DNA of 60,409 nucleotides, counting the filler, from Dugesia japonica (Eukaryota), in the NCBI GenBank assembly GCA_001938525.1. It is 5 parts of 5 records of this genome, joined end to end, with 100 filler letters (N's around TTAATTAATTAA, not from the genome) between each part and the next. Parts side by side here need not be neighbours in the genome. Positions count along the whole stretch, not along the records: positions 37,628 to 51,095 come from MQRL01647930.1; positions 51,196 to 60,409 come from MQRL01586227.1; 3 more parts are not named here. The stretch is one strand, 5' to 3'. Shown here in pieces: positions 48,808 to 60,409 of this stretch. The translations under genes and the position numbers were made by a program. The stretch's first letter is position 1, and every line of letters starts with the position of its first letter. The notes beneath the pieces were generated by a model that saw nothing but the letters and a program-made list of their open reading frames with translations, was not told where the DNA came from and made no database searches.

Positions 48808-50365
48808 AGTTTATTTCACCTATAAATTCTTTTATTAATTTATTTTCTTTAATATCATCTAATGTTTCACTAATTTCTTCTAAAAAGTTAAAGTAATCAT
48901 TAAAAATGTTTTCACCTGAAAATTTAATATATTTACTTTCTAATAAATTTGGATAATCACTATGAAGATAAACACCTAATGATATTGGTTTTTGTTTTTT
49001 TGTATTAATATCTGTGTAAGCTTCAAAATCTCCAACAAGTACAAATGGAATTTTATTTTTCTGATAAAATTTATTAAATGAATAATAATCAGTATGTTCA
49101 AATNCAATGTTATTTGGTTTATGTTTTATACAAAGTTCTTGATGTTTAATTAATCTTTCTTCACTTGAATAACAATTCATACATCTGATGCATGGATAAT
49201 TTTTATTTTTATTAGTTGTAAAAAATACTGTTATATCTCGACATAAAATATAATGATTTTTATATACTAACAAATTACATTTATTTTCTTCTGGATCTGG
49301 TTTTGATATGTGATGTGAAATGTGTAATGGTTCAAGTTTTTTATTATCATTTACACTGAAAACATTTATTTCTAAATTATTTAATTTCTCGAATTTACTT
49401 ATATCATCAATTTTGATTGGAAATGTAACCTTGTCATATTTTAATTCTGATAAATGTGGAATGTAATTATTTACACGAGTTGGATTTTCAAATAAATGTT
49501 TATGTGCTAAAATTGAATAAAGAAAACATTTATTATCATCTTTATTTTCTATATTTATTACTCCTGGTTTTTTAAATGGTAATTTACGATATGTTGCTCC
49601 AGCTAATGATTGATATTTAGAAAGATCTAATTTATAATCAATTATGTTCACCATTGTCCATCCTGAACCTTCCTTATCTTCATCTTCAATGTATCTTTGT
49701 AATTCATTAAATATTTCATTAACACCATTTGATATTTCATTTTCAATTGTAAATCTTTTATTTTTTGAATATGATGTAAAATCTTTTTCAACATTTTCAT
49801 TATTTATTTCTTTTTCATATCTACAAGTTACTGTCATACTTACAACAATCTTTTTACCATAATTAAAATACTTTGTAATAATTTCTTTAACTTCTTTTTT
49901 AAATGTATTAATTTCTCTAACTATTTCTTTAACATTTTTAGTCATTGACACTTTACTTTCTTTGAAATATTCAATTTCATAATCTTTATATTCTCTTAAA
50001 AGATCTCTAATTTCTGGATCAAAATCAATTGATTCTTCACCAGGTAATTCACCAAATAAAATTTTGTTAACTGTTTCTTTATGTGTTGGAGAATTGTAAT
50101 GTGCCTTTGCGGTGGATTGTCTAGAAAATGTTTTATTGCAAAATAAACACTTTAATGGAACCTTTTCGGGATTTCCACAAAGTGATGAATTTAAATGTTC
50201 ACGTAGACCATTTTCCGTTTTAAATAGCCTGTGACATTTTTGGCATTGAAATGATGATGTTTCATTTCTAAAACAAGTTCTAGATCTACTATGTCCAATT
50301 AACCCTGCTAAGTTTTTAAATAGCTTTCCACAGTTAGGACATTTATTTATGTTTCTTTCTGTCAT
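48803..50365 (-). pseudogene. polB: pPolB N-terminal part with three C2H2-like zinc fingers, truncated early in the exonuclease domain
   Basis: CPNC..H, CQKC..H, CLFC..H..H; EGSGW; INIEN.D.KCF.YSILA; FEKLN; HY; C.RC...H...C; FVLVGDFEA (ExoI). The frame then ends without polymerase motifs A/B/C. The likely start is MTERN (50365), because the track start lies in the TIR. Confidence 0.9.
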
Positions 50366-50444
50366 TTTATAATCAAATAATTTAATCACACCTACTTTTT
50401 TAGGGTTAATTTTTATTTTATAAATTACTCTTAAATTAATTCCT

Positions 50445-50911
50445 CTTAAATATTTCATGAAACATTTTGGTTTGACATTTTCATCTGAAATATTTTGGTT
50501 TGACATTTTCATCTGAAATATTTTAGTTTGGCATTTTCATCTGAAATATTTTAGTCGAACATTTTTAGTTGAACATTTTTTTATTTTGGCATTTTTCATA
50601 AAATATTTTGGTTGAACATTTTTAGTTGAACATTTTTCATAAAATATTTTTCATCTGAAATGAGATTGGGTATACCCCCCTGTCTTTAAAACAATTTTTC
50701 ATAAAATATTTTACATTCGACATTTTCATAAAATATTTGCATCCCGGCATTTTCATAAAATATTTTTCATTTGAAATATTTTTCATTTGACATTTTTCAT
50801 CTGACATTTTTCATTTGAAATATTTTTCATTTGACATTTTTCATAAAATATTTTTCATCTGAAGTGGGGAGGGGTACCCCCCGGCCTTAAAACCGTCCAT
50901 ATACCTATACT
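50445..50911 (-). repeat. Right terminal inverted repeat
   Basis: Reverse complement of 37812-38230. Confidence 0.95.
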
Positions 50912-50955
50912 TATATATATATATATATATATACAATTTATTTTACTGTTCACAG

Positions 50956-51095
50956 ATAATTTCAAAATGCTTTTAAGAAATGGAGAAGAAATATCCAAAG
51001 GAGGTAAATTTTATTCTTATGTATTTATTTATTCTTTTTCTCAGATCTTGCAAGAAGAATAATAAATGAAATGTATCCAGAATGCGAAAAAATAT
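50956..51095 (+). CDS. Two small exons of an unidentified spliced gene in the element's flank (mirrored at 37628-37767)
   Basis: CACAG|48-nt exon 50956-51003|GT..41-nt intron..TCTCAG|exon from 51045. The spliced frame is open: NFKMLLRNGEEISKGDLARRIINEMYPECEKI. Confidence 0.5.
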
Positions 51096-51195
51096 NNNNN
51101 NNNNNNNNNNNNNNNNNNNNNNNNNNNNNNNNNNNNNNNTTAATTAATTAANNNNNNNNNNNNNNNNNNNNNNNNNNNNNNNNNNNNNNNNNNNN
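51096..51195. other. Artificial scaffold-joining linker
   Basis: N44-TTAATTAATTAA-N44. Confidence 0.97.
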
Positions 51196-51224
51196 AGTTA
51201 AAGAAAAATCAAGTACTGTATTTC

Positions 51225-51720
51225 GGAAGAGAGTAACTCAAATTTCTACATCAAAGTATCTATTCGATAGAGAATTCTACACTGATTCCGAGTGTTATCA
51301 CTTAAAATCATCAATCCTTATAGAAGACGAGTAAAATGCAAAATACAAATTGCAAAATAAATGGTCATTCACAGGATTTGAACCCATCACTGAGGAGCTG
51401 TAAAAGAAAGACTATTACAACTGTATCATGTATTCAATAAAAATCTTTCAATGTTCATTATTAATACGGTTAAAATTCATTAAACTTATCCCAGTTGAAA
51501 TAAATCAAAAACAAGTACTTATTATTGTTTGCACACCAAACAATTGTAGTATCCACCGATGAACCATTGATTTCTTTAAAATATAAAAAGTAACTCAAAT
51601 TTGAACATCAATGTATCTATTAGAGAGACAATTTTACGCTGAGTAAGAAAAACATGGTGATAAACCGTCAATCATTAACCATGATGGAATTCAATTAAAA
51701 ATCAAGTGAAAAAAGTCGAC
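51225..51720 (-). repeat. Two tandem copies of the 7215-7370 repeat family
   Basis: Shared GTAACTCAAATTT..ACATCAA.GTATCTATT core. The first copy has CAGGATTTGAACCC, the reverse complement of a B-box. Confidence 0.5.
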
Positions 51721-52720
51721 CATCACATGATTTGCTTGAGTGGTNNNNNNNNNNNNNNNNNNNNNNNNNNNNNNNNNNNNNNNNNNNNNNNNNNNNNNNN
51801 NNNNNNNNNNNNNNNNNNNNNNNNNNNNNNNNNNNNNNNNNNNNNNNNNNNNNNNNNNNNNNNNNNNNNNNNNACTCAATTCGATCTTCAACCAACGCTA
51901 CCAAATCAATGCAAGAAATACAGCGATTAATCCAAAATCGTTTCTATCCTAATAATCAATTTTTAATTTTGATCCTGACAATTAATTATATTTTATTTCT
52001 GACCCTGACAATTATAGTTATTTTATTTTACTTATCTGATCATAACAATTGATTGTTGTTATTCTGTGAATACTATTTTTATTGTAAATAAATCGAAAAT
52101 TGTAAATGTATTGAAATTTAATCTAAATGTAAACAACAATTTATTTAACTATTAATTTTAGATTTCGATTTAATTTTGGATTTAAATTTGGATTTTATTT
52201 ATATATACTGTTGAAATTTTATTATCAAAGTATGTAAAATTATTTTGAATTTTCATTTAATTTTGGATTTTTATTTACTAAATCAAAGTATGTATTTCGG
52301 ATTATTTACAAAATATGTTAACATTTTATTGACAAAGTGTGTTTATGATGGATAGTGATTTGGTATAAATACCGAGTCAAAATTCATTATTTTCACCCTT
52401 TTTTAAAAGCGAAAAAAGTTTAAACCTTCTGAGGTTTACAACTTAAGGCATCAAAATAATTACTGACATTTTTTAACCTATTTGTATAACGAAAGACATT
52501 TATAAGAAAATTGTTATTTATTTATAATTTAGAAAAATAAATTTTGTTTCATTGCATAAGTAATACCATCTAGTTTATCTATATTATATAAGTTTATTTA
52601 TAATAAATATATTAAGTTTTATAAGGAAACTTTTATAACAGTGATATATTGGGATTAATATAACTTCTAAATTCAATTATTAAACTCGCGCATTGTTGAC
52701 TTATTTTGACAATTAATCTC

Positions 52721-53029
52721 TCATAGTATCTCAACATTCAATAGAATTATACGTTTTGTCCCGATATTTATCAGCTGTAAGTCAATATGATCAGTTCTAT
52801 TGACAAACTCACAAGTCTGATCGACAATGGCCTTATAACTGGTGTTGGATCTAACGAAGCTCGCAAGTAGCTCAAGCACATAATTATGTCTTCCAATGCG
52901 AAATGAAGACAAAGCACCAAAATAACAGAAAACATTTGCTTGAGTTTCAAATTGAAAAGAATATTTGCTGCATGATTTAAAAGTCATGCTATGATTACTT
53001 CCTACAGGATGAGTACTTGTTCTTACCAT
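52721..53029 (-). mobile_element. Non-LTR retrotransposon (R2/NeSL-like) C-terminal remnant
   Basis: Degenerate zinc knuckle (CSK...ETQANV.C), then RHNYVLELLA and D......RIILL.V, as in restriction-like endonuclease domains. Confidence 0.55.
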
Positions 53030-53209
53030 GTGAATGAAACTCCAGCTTTTTATATTAATACATCCGTCAAATAGCAGCTTTGTTGAAAAAGGAAAGTAAC
53101 ATTGTAGTTGACAAATTTACTTATTATTAGTATGCATAAGTTCACATCATTTTAAGATGAATAATGTATATTAATATTATTACAAATAACATAGTACATT
53201 CAATCATAA

Positions 53210-54150
53210 TATTTTCCATCGTTATTCACAACTTTTCCCATCTTTCAGGTAAATGATGAATACCCTTATGAAAAAAGTCTTTGTTCTTGGATTGAATGAA
53301 GTTGTCGATGAATTTTCGTGTATCTTCTATATTCCCGAATCGTGCATCCAAAAGACTGTGCTGCATGGAACAAAATGAGTGAAAATCTGAAGGGGCTATA
53401 TTTGGAGAATAAGCTTGGTATGGTAGAACTTCTCATTTTAATTCCATCGATGTTTCCCTAGTTTTTAATGCAACATGAGGTCTAGCATTGGCGTGCAGAA
53501 GAATAACTTTGTTCTGTTTGGTCGCATAATATAGCCGTTTTTAAATTAATTTCTCTTCCAACTGCTTCAATTGGCGACTGTATAAATCTGCAGTAACAGT
53601 TTTTGATGATTTTAACAGCTCATAATAAAGAACTCCGTGCATGTGCTACCAGATACAAAGAAGAACTTTGTGACCATGAATATTTCATTTCGGCTATGAT
53701 GTGCTTGGTTCTCCAGGATTTAACCATGATATTTTGCGATTGAGATTAGAATAATATATTCACTTTTCGTCTCTGGTCACAGTTAGATGCAAGAAAGACT
53801 TTTGTTTGTGTGTATTGAGAAGCGAAAGACAAGTGGTGAGTCGGCTGGTAATGTTGTTTTCGGATAAATCATGAAGAACCCATTTTCCTTCTTTCTGAAT
53901 CTTTCCCAACTGATATAACCGTCGAATTATGGTGCTCTGGTTTACATGTAACTTTCTTGCCAATTCTACACTCGATTGAGTAGAATTCTCTTTCAAAAGT
54001 GCTTCCATGTCATCCGAACTTATCTCATATGATCGCTCAGTGCGTTCTTTATCGTTCAAATCAGAATCACGGCTTTTCAAGCGTCGAAACCATTGACGAC
54101 ATGAGCTCTCGGCTATTGCTCCATCACCATATGTATTGCAAATTATCCGA
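53210..54150 (-). mobile_element. Decayed near-full-length mariner transposase
   Basis: ELARKL..QSTI.RRL..LGKIQKEGKWV.HDL, VTRDEK.IYY, KVLLCIW, LLHANARPH, AYSPNIAPSDF. Confidence 0.92.
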
Positions 54151-55912
54151 GTNNNNNNNNNNNNNNNNNNNNNNNNNNNNNNNNNNNNNNNNNNNNNNNN
54201 NNNNNNNNNNNNNNNNNNNNNNNNNNNNNNNNNNNNNNNNNNNNNNNNNNNNNNNNNNNNTAATCAATATTGACTTACTTAAACAAAATACAAATTTTTA
54301 GATATTATATTATTATTAATATTACTTAAATTCAGCATATACATAAGCGATGTGAACTTAAGCATACCCCTAATATTTCAATTGGTTGCTCCACTTCCTT
54401 GTGTGGGCTGAACTCAATAGATTGTGAAACAACTTAGTCAGACTTCTCCGCTCTTCGGAAAAATTTAAATAATTTCTTTTAGAAATGCAATTAATAATCT
54501 GCAAACAGATTCCAAGCTCGTTGCGCTTGAACATTATTTGTAAATAATATAATTGATACAAGTGAGCGATTGCATCGTGTACCTTTGATCACCAGCTCAT
54601 ATGATTTGAGTTAGTGGTATCTATGAAGAGTCAATCAAGAGATTCATCTATGGAATGCAATTTGAAATGCTTGATCCAACAAACTTGAAATTCTGGTATG
54701 ATTATTAACCGTTGACTATTAACCGGGTCAGGGCTCACATATTCTGTCCCTGTCACAATATATGTTGTTCACAAGAAATATTAGCCCAAGCAGCTTTTTG
54801 CATTCAAAACTATATAAAATATCAAAGCTATGAGATTTCAACTACAGAAAGTTCGTAAAAGAAATAAGTAGTGAAAAAATTTAATAGCCTCAGATAAATA
54901 AAAAAAATACACTTCTGTAGCACAATAATTGAAAGTTGATAAATGTGCTGAAAATATACATGGGCAGACCACAGGCGCTGTTCCAAAGGACCAAGATGCT
55001 CTGGAATCCTTATCGATTCAATCACATTGAAAGAGGTATTTAAATGAAAGTGATGTGATATATTACATGTGTAATCCATTGTGTAATCCATGTAATTCTT
55101 TGCCGCATCTTGTTAAAAAGAAAATTTCATGGATTAAGAAAAATACAGAAAAAAAGAATTTAAGGTTCTGAAATAAACTTGACTAAGTCGAGCTAACATT
55201 CTAGCTCGCTTAACTCAACGAAATGAATGCAACCAAGAAGTTTGTGAGAGATTCAGAATCACCGGGTCAACCACGAAAATGTAAATGTGGCATACATAAT
55301 TTCTTGTTATCTTTACAGAATAAGTCTCTAGAAGATGGTCGAAATGAATAACGAAAGAATATCGTTTGGAAATCCAATAATTCTTTAAAAAAACATGAGA
55401 ATCAGTTAGAAATTTATGTTTTTTATCATTTATATATCAATGTTTGACGCTATTTCTCAGTAGTTGTTAAAGTTCCAAAACAATTATAAATCTTCTACCT
55501 ACTTAATTATTTACAATTTACATTGTATCAAGATGCAAATGCTTTTTTAATTTATATATTCATATTAACAATCAATATTAGAAGTCATAGTTTAATATTT
55601 ATTCATAAATAATATTTAATAACATTGATCATTCTAAAAGGTTACAAGACAGTTTCGAATAATAGGTAATTTAAAAAATTATTTTTAAATTGATTTTTAC
55701 CATTGACCTCTAATATTAACCTTTTATAAATAAATATCTTTTAATGATTACCATTTAAAAATAAATTGTATGATTTTCGTATTTGAAGTTTTTAGACTAT
55801 ATTGTTTTAATATATATAATTTTGACTTAAATTTCTATCGTAAATTCTTAGGATTTAGTTATGAGTGTTAACTATTAATGTAAACTTATAATTCCTATTA
55901 CAATTTTTGAAA

Positions 55913-57103
55913 ATGTATTCTTTGTGTATAGATGTGTGGAATTTTATTAAAAACCCGATTGTATTAATGTTTTTGTTTTTATTTGGTTTCATTCAAATGA
56001 TAGTGATTCTAGCAACTATAAATTCTAACAGTATAAACACAATATCAGAAGTTAATCGAAAATTAGTTTCAAAATCTGTTCAGTTAGACTGGCGTTTTAA
56101 AACAGCAATTAAAGTTGAAATCCAATCTGACATTAAAGTGGAAACTAAAGAGAATAATACAATATTTGTTCCAGAAATTATACAGTATGGAAGCGAAGAC
56201 TATCAATATCCTTTGCTTGTAGATATGCTGGATCTTGTAGATAAGATCAAATCTGGTCAAAATGTTACTGTTAATCCTATTAATAATCTTATTTTTCCTT
56301 ACATCATACAAAACGAGAATCTTTGTCAATCAGATAATAATGTAGATTTATTAATTTTAATAAAAAGTGATCCCAGGAATGTTATTCCTCGAGATGTGAT
56401 TCGTTCTACATGGGGTAAATTAAATTGCTGGGGAAATAGAAATATAAAACGAGTATTTCTATTTGGAAATTTATCGATTAATGAAAGTAAAATCGTTAAA
56501 CATATAGAAATGGAACAACAAGTGTACAAAGATATTGTTCAAAGTGGCTTTATCGATCATTATTATAATAATACTTATAAGTTGATGTTGGGGGTTACTT
56601 GGGCGACGTCATATTGTAGAAATGCCAAGTTTATTATGTTCGTTGACGATGATTACTTTATTCATCCTCGAGCGGTTTTATCGTATTTGGAGTCTATCAG
56701 CTCACCATTACGCCATCGACTAGTCAGTGGTTATGTTTGGCGGATGGCTGTTCCTCAACGAAATAAGCAGACTAAATGGTTTGTGTCTAAGGAGGATTAT
56801 CCTTGGTCATTTTATCCCTCGTATTGTTCTGCTGGGAATTTTTTCATCTCGATGAATGTTGCAATCGATATATCGATAGCGATGAAATATACGAAATTTT
56901 TACGATTTGATGACGTCTTTCTCGGCATAGTATTACATAAATTACTCATGGTTCCAATGCATCTTAGTAACGTATTTTCATTCAATCCTATCACGAGGAA
57001 CTCACCGAGTTATCATCAAATCATTTCAAGTCATGGATATAAATCATCACATCAAATCATTGAAACATGGGTCGACCTCAACTGCACAAATTTCTGTGTT
57101 TGA
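55913..57103 (+). CDS. Beta-1,3-galactosyl/N-acetylglucosaminyltransferase (GT31, brainiac-like), single-exon type II membrane protein
   Basis: N-terminal TM segment; LLILIKS...R..IRSTWG; F.D.YYNNTYK; FVDDD (DxD); KWFVS..DYP...YP.YC.AG; DDVFLG. First ATG is 55913 (the track uses TTG 55907). Confidence 0.93.
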   Translation: MYSLCIDVWNFIKNPIVLMFLFLFGFIQMIVILATINSNSINTISEVNRKLVSKSVQLDWRFKTAIKVEIQSDIKVETKENNTIFVPEIIQYGSEDYQYPLLVDMLDLVDKIKSGQNVTVNPINNLIFPYIIQNENLCQSDNNVDLLILIKSDPRNVIPRDVIRSTWGKLNCWGNRNIKRVFLFGNLSINESKIVKHIEMEQQVYKDIVQSGFIDHYYNNTYKLMLGVTWATSYCRNAKFIMFVDDDYFIHPRAVLSYLESISSPLRHRLVSGYVWRMAVPQRNKQTKWFVSKEDYPWSFYPSYCSAGNFFISMNVAIDISIAMKYTKFLRFDDVFLGIVLHKLLMVPMHLSNVFSFNPITRNSPSYHQIISSHGYKSSHQIIETWVDLNCTNFCV

Positions 57104-58211
57104 TTTAATGGAATTTAATCGATTAAAATATTTCTATCTTATCGAATTTGATTATAAATATTGATTATTTCGACATATTTGTGTTGTAATATTGTGCTTC
57201 GGTTCTATTACGTTAAATGTGCTTTCCTGTCTGTTAAGGTTTTACAGTTAATTTTCTGACTTATTATTATATCGATTTTCTGATTTTATCGTAAAATCTA
57301 TATNCTATATTCATTTTTCATCTTTACTTTTGTTGTGTTTATACATGCAGTATAAATAATTTAATAGGTGATAATTATAAATAACGAAGTACCATATAAT
57401 ATATTGAATCAATCCTATTGGCTCACTATAATAAAACATTTTACTCTCCAAAAAAAAGGTTTAAAACTAATTTACCATTTCAAAATTTATTAAAAACATT
57501 CAAAAATAGTCAAACCTCATAAGTTTATTTTCTATCCACTTTCAACATTACTCCAATGAATTATGTCCAAATTAGAATTCTTCATTACAACTTCGGCATC
57601 TAGAACAGTATTTTGATTTCACGACAAGGCCTTTATGGAAAGTCCTGAATTAATTTTCTCAAACTTGGTCATATTCACTAACCTTGTCGGTATGTCCCTT
57701 ATATCGATCTACACGTTGAAATACAAATTAGTATGAAGTTTGGCAATCGACGACCACCAAAGATTTTCTTATAAAATGACAAACTATCTTTACTAATTGC
57801 ATTACTGACAATTTCCTTGATTCTTATATGGATAAATTGTGGTTTGTTTGCTTAATCCGATTTGATGACCTGTTAGAACTGATGATTCAACTCGAACTCT
57901 ACTAACCATCTATTTTGCTTCCAAGAATAAATGTTTTGGTTTATCATTTACTGATTCTATAGTTTGCTCTTTTCAATCGAATGTGGGCATTAACATCTAT
58001 ATTAAGATATTTGGAATGATTCATAAAATCTAATAACAAAGAACTACATAGATACCATGGTTTGATGATTTAATAGTCCTTTCTAAATATATTGGTTCCA
58101 TAGCTCATTGCACTAAGACAAATGTTCTTGGTATCTCCATTATAATTCAAAATGGTTTAATCTTAGATTTTGGAATATAAGTTTCATTTCCACCTTCAAT
58201 TTTAATGTTAT

Positions 58212-58815
58212 TTAATGTGTTGAGTTCCGAGGTTTTGATGTTTTATTTCTTCTCTCTGACTCTTGGTACTTCTTTCTCGACATTCCATTTANCTCATTAT
58301 CTTCTAGAGGCAAAAACCCCGGAACCGGCAAAAAATTGGCAACACTCCTTGTGTTGCTCCATCCACCCCGAGTCCATGCGAGACTATGTGGTATCCCGTC
58401 TTGTGTTTTCAATTTTCCTCTGGTTACACTCCATTTAATTTCTTTGAACATATTTCTTGAATAACAATTTGTAAGATGTGTGATAAAGAAAAAATTTATT
58501 CTTAGAACATGTCATTCAACCATCCGAACCGATCACTTCTTCGGCAGCCACTTGCCCAACTTCATTGTCTACTTTCGACACCTGACTGAGGGTACGAACG
58601 GTGGCAATTAGTACCCCTTCCCGATCAGCATAAGATTTTATCATGTCGGCCATTGCGCAACATGTTTGAGACAACGCCAAATCTCTTTCCCTTAATTTCG
58701 CGTTCCAATCTAGTAATTGATTGTTCTTCTGTTGTAAAACTGTGTTCTTGCTCTGCAACCTTTTGCACATTGATCACCATTTATTTTGAAGATCTGCTAT
58801 TCTTATATTTGGCAC
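58212..58815 (-). other. Two small unknown ORFs divergent from cassette copy C
   Basis: 58516-58770 is coiled-coil-like and 58212-58451 is basic; both are more GC-rich than the surroundings. Preceded by TTCAG|TGCC like the last segment of the cassette. Confidence 0.4.
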
Positions 58816-59316
58816 TGAATGAAATATAGAGGTCAGATATTTTAAGTAATAAAGAATCTTTTTTAATATAGATGGAGTTAACTACTGTGAAAATGAAAAG
58901 TTTGTTTTATTTGACCTTAATATACCACTGACAGTTTCAGCCAACGCTTAAAACACACATTTTCTTGTAATAAAACTGTTGTGGTGAAACACCCAATTAA
59001 GAAGAAAGCAAAGCCAAGGGCCCCTAATCATAAGTAGAAGGTTATTAGCAAAACAAACTAAAGAAGAACAGTAGTCAAAGGGACCGGTATGGTTTGTATC
59101 CTTAGTAATGCTAATAAAATACTATGGAAAGCTCCTGGCGATATTAGATGTAACCCTACTGACAATATAAGAGTGTTATTAGTAATGCTTTTAGAATGGA
59201 ACTCGAACCCAAGTTAATTTTAAACTATCAATATCGAATAAAATAAGCTTTACTAAATGCATTTTATTATTATATTTGTTAGGTAATCGAGCAGTATATC
59301 CTACCGTTTATTAAAA

Positions 59317-60369
59317 ATGTTAAAATTGATCCGATTCGTAAGGCGTAAGACTCGAAGGAAACAACTTTTAGCCCACATCCTCTCTAATGGCATAATTGTG
59401 AATCCCGACGAAACAGACCTCAGATGTTTCGCCGAAATTTTCCGGCTACCCCCATAGGTAGACCTCATTTTATCAACGCATTTTATTTTATTTGTACGAG
59501 AATATAAATCTAGATAGTTAACTAGTTTTAATTATTTTTGTATTCCAATTCATATTTAATCTCTATTATTACCGTAAATTAAATCAAAATGTTGTTTATT
59601 ATTTGTAGAATGGAATATCTTTGGGAAACGCTATGCGATCGTCGAACCAATAGGGTAATTTTTAAACGGTATTGAAACCTTCATGATTGTAATGCGGGGG
59701 TCCTTACCGATTACTCTAACATGCCTTCCATCGATGCGGAAAATGAAAGAGAATGGGCGGCGGCCAAACGCCGGGCTTTTTACTAATGGAGAGGTCCTGA
59801 CTGGACCAGCGAGGTTTTACATCGCGTCACCATCACCGATCCAGAAACCAGGCAGGTTACGAGTGTGTGGCGTGATGGGCCTGCATTGATCCCTATATCG
59901 GTCGCACACGTGCCACCCCCGTGAGATGGAGTGTAGAGATAAGAAATACCTTTTGGGACTTGCGGAATAGTGCAAATGGTGGGTCAGCGGAAAATAATGC
60001 TCCTTATCTACTCAACGAACATCCATAAATTCAAATAGACTTTTGTTTTATTTTAACGTAATAATAATAAATGTTGTGTAAAAGTTAATTTCGTACGTTC
60101 TTGTAAATCTGTTGTTGCCGAGTATTATAAGAAATAATCTAATAAGAGTTGGAATTTTTGAGGATTTTAATTTTTTAATTTAAATATGTTTTAATCGTTG
60201 TAATATCTTTATTTCAGTGCATTCATCGTAAAATAGACCACCGGCTCCTACCAAGAAAATAAGGGAGTCCAGTGAAGACATAGAGATGTCTTGGGAGTTT
60301 TACCGATTAGCCAAACAGCGATTTGAAGCAAAGATGGCCACAGCTAATGCCAAAGTGAAGCGTTACCGG
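59317..60369 (+). other. Unidentified repeated multi-ORF cassette, copy C (decayed)
   Basis: 59317: MLKLIRFVRRKTRRKQLLAHILSNGIIVNPDETDLRCFAEIFRL. 59609: MEYLWETLCDRRTNRVIFKRY*NLHDCNAGVL...W.GPD...QVT.VW.DGP, homologous to 15492-15905 and 19879-20218. Confidence 0.7.
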
Positions 60370-60409
60370 AGTAGGTAGATAGTAGCGCACTAGATCACCC
60401 CCTCCCCCC
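60370..60409 (+). mobile_element. Polinton-like terminus at the window edge
   Basis: AGTAGGTAGATAGTAGCG followed by C-runs; matches the 25882 terminus at 17 of 18 positions. Confidence 0.5.

Larger units (their letters stand above)
37812..50911. mobile_element. Polinton/Maverick-type endogenous dsDNA virus (adintovirus-like), ~13.1 kb, internally deleted
   Basis: Inverted 5'-AGTATAGG termini abutting (TA)n; ~420-470-bp TIRs; two convergent gene blocks with capsid, integrase, packaging ATPase, protease, penton and pPolB hallmarks. Confidence 0.95.

Noticed and set aside
51360-51430. Functional tRNA gene
   Set aside because: A B-box is present but no convincing cloverleaf; it belongs to a dispersed repeat.
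54300-55380. Coding-like composition upstream of the GT31 gene (also 57540-58180)
   Set aside because: Frequent stops and no recognisable motifs; probably old TE debris.
55913-57103. GT31 gene as cargo of the viral element
   Set aside because: It is on a different scaffold across an artificial linker; intronless GT31 genes are normal in animals.

Overview
AT-rich eukaryotic (animal) draft-genome sequence, not prokaryotic. Short GT-AG introns, many mariner/piggyBac/Merlin/hAT fossils and a GT31 gene fit an invertebrate; a flatworm is plausible but not provable from this window. The window is five unrelated scaffolds joined by artificial 100-nt linkers (N44-TTAATTAATTAA-N44) at 15976, 28732, 37528 and 51096, so adjacency across them is meaningless. 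Scaffold 4 (37628-51095) is almost entirely one ~13.1-kb Polinton/Maverick-type (adintovirus-like) endogenous dsDNA virus with long TIRs. It encodes a double-jelly-roll capsid, a zinc-finger/PLA2/integrase fusion, an A32-like packaging ATPase, a membrane-hairpin protein, a cryptic ~960-codon fibre-like protein with four ~190-aa repeats and an adenain-like protease. Its pPolB gene is cut by an internal deletion that joins it to the back half of the penton gene. A GC-rich motif (TGTnCGGAGnCCAGCG) recurs in frame inside its AT-rich ORFs. The other scaffolds hold two more decayed pPolB genes, four further AGTAG-type termini, and three diverged copies of an unrecognised multi-ORF cassette, with such termini landing inside two of them. 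The only clearly intact host gene is a single-exon GT31 beta-1,3-glycosyltransferase.
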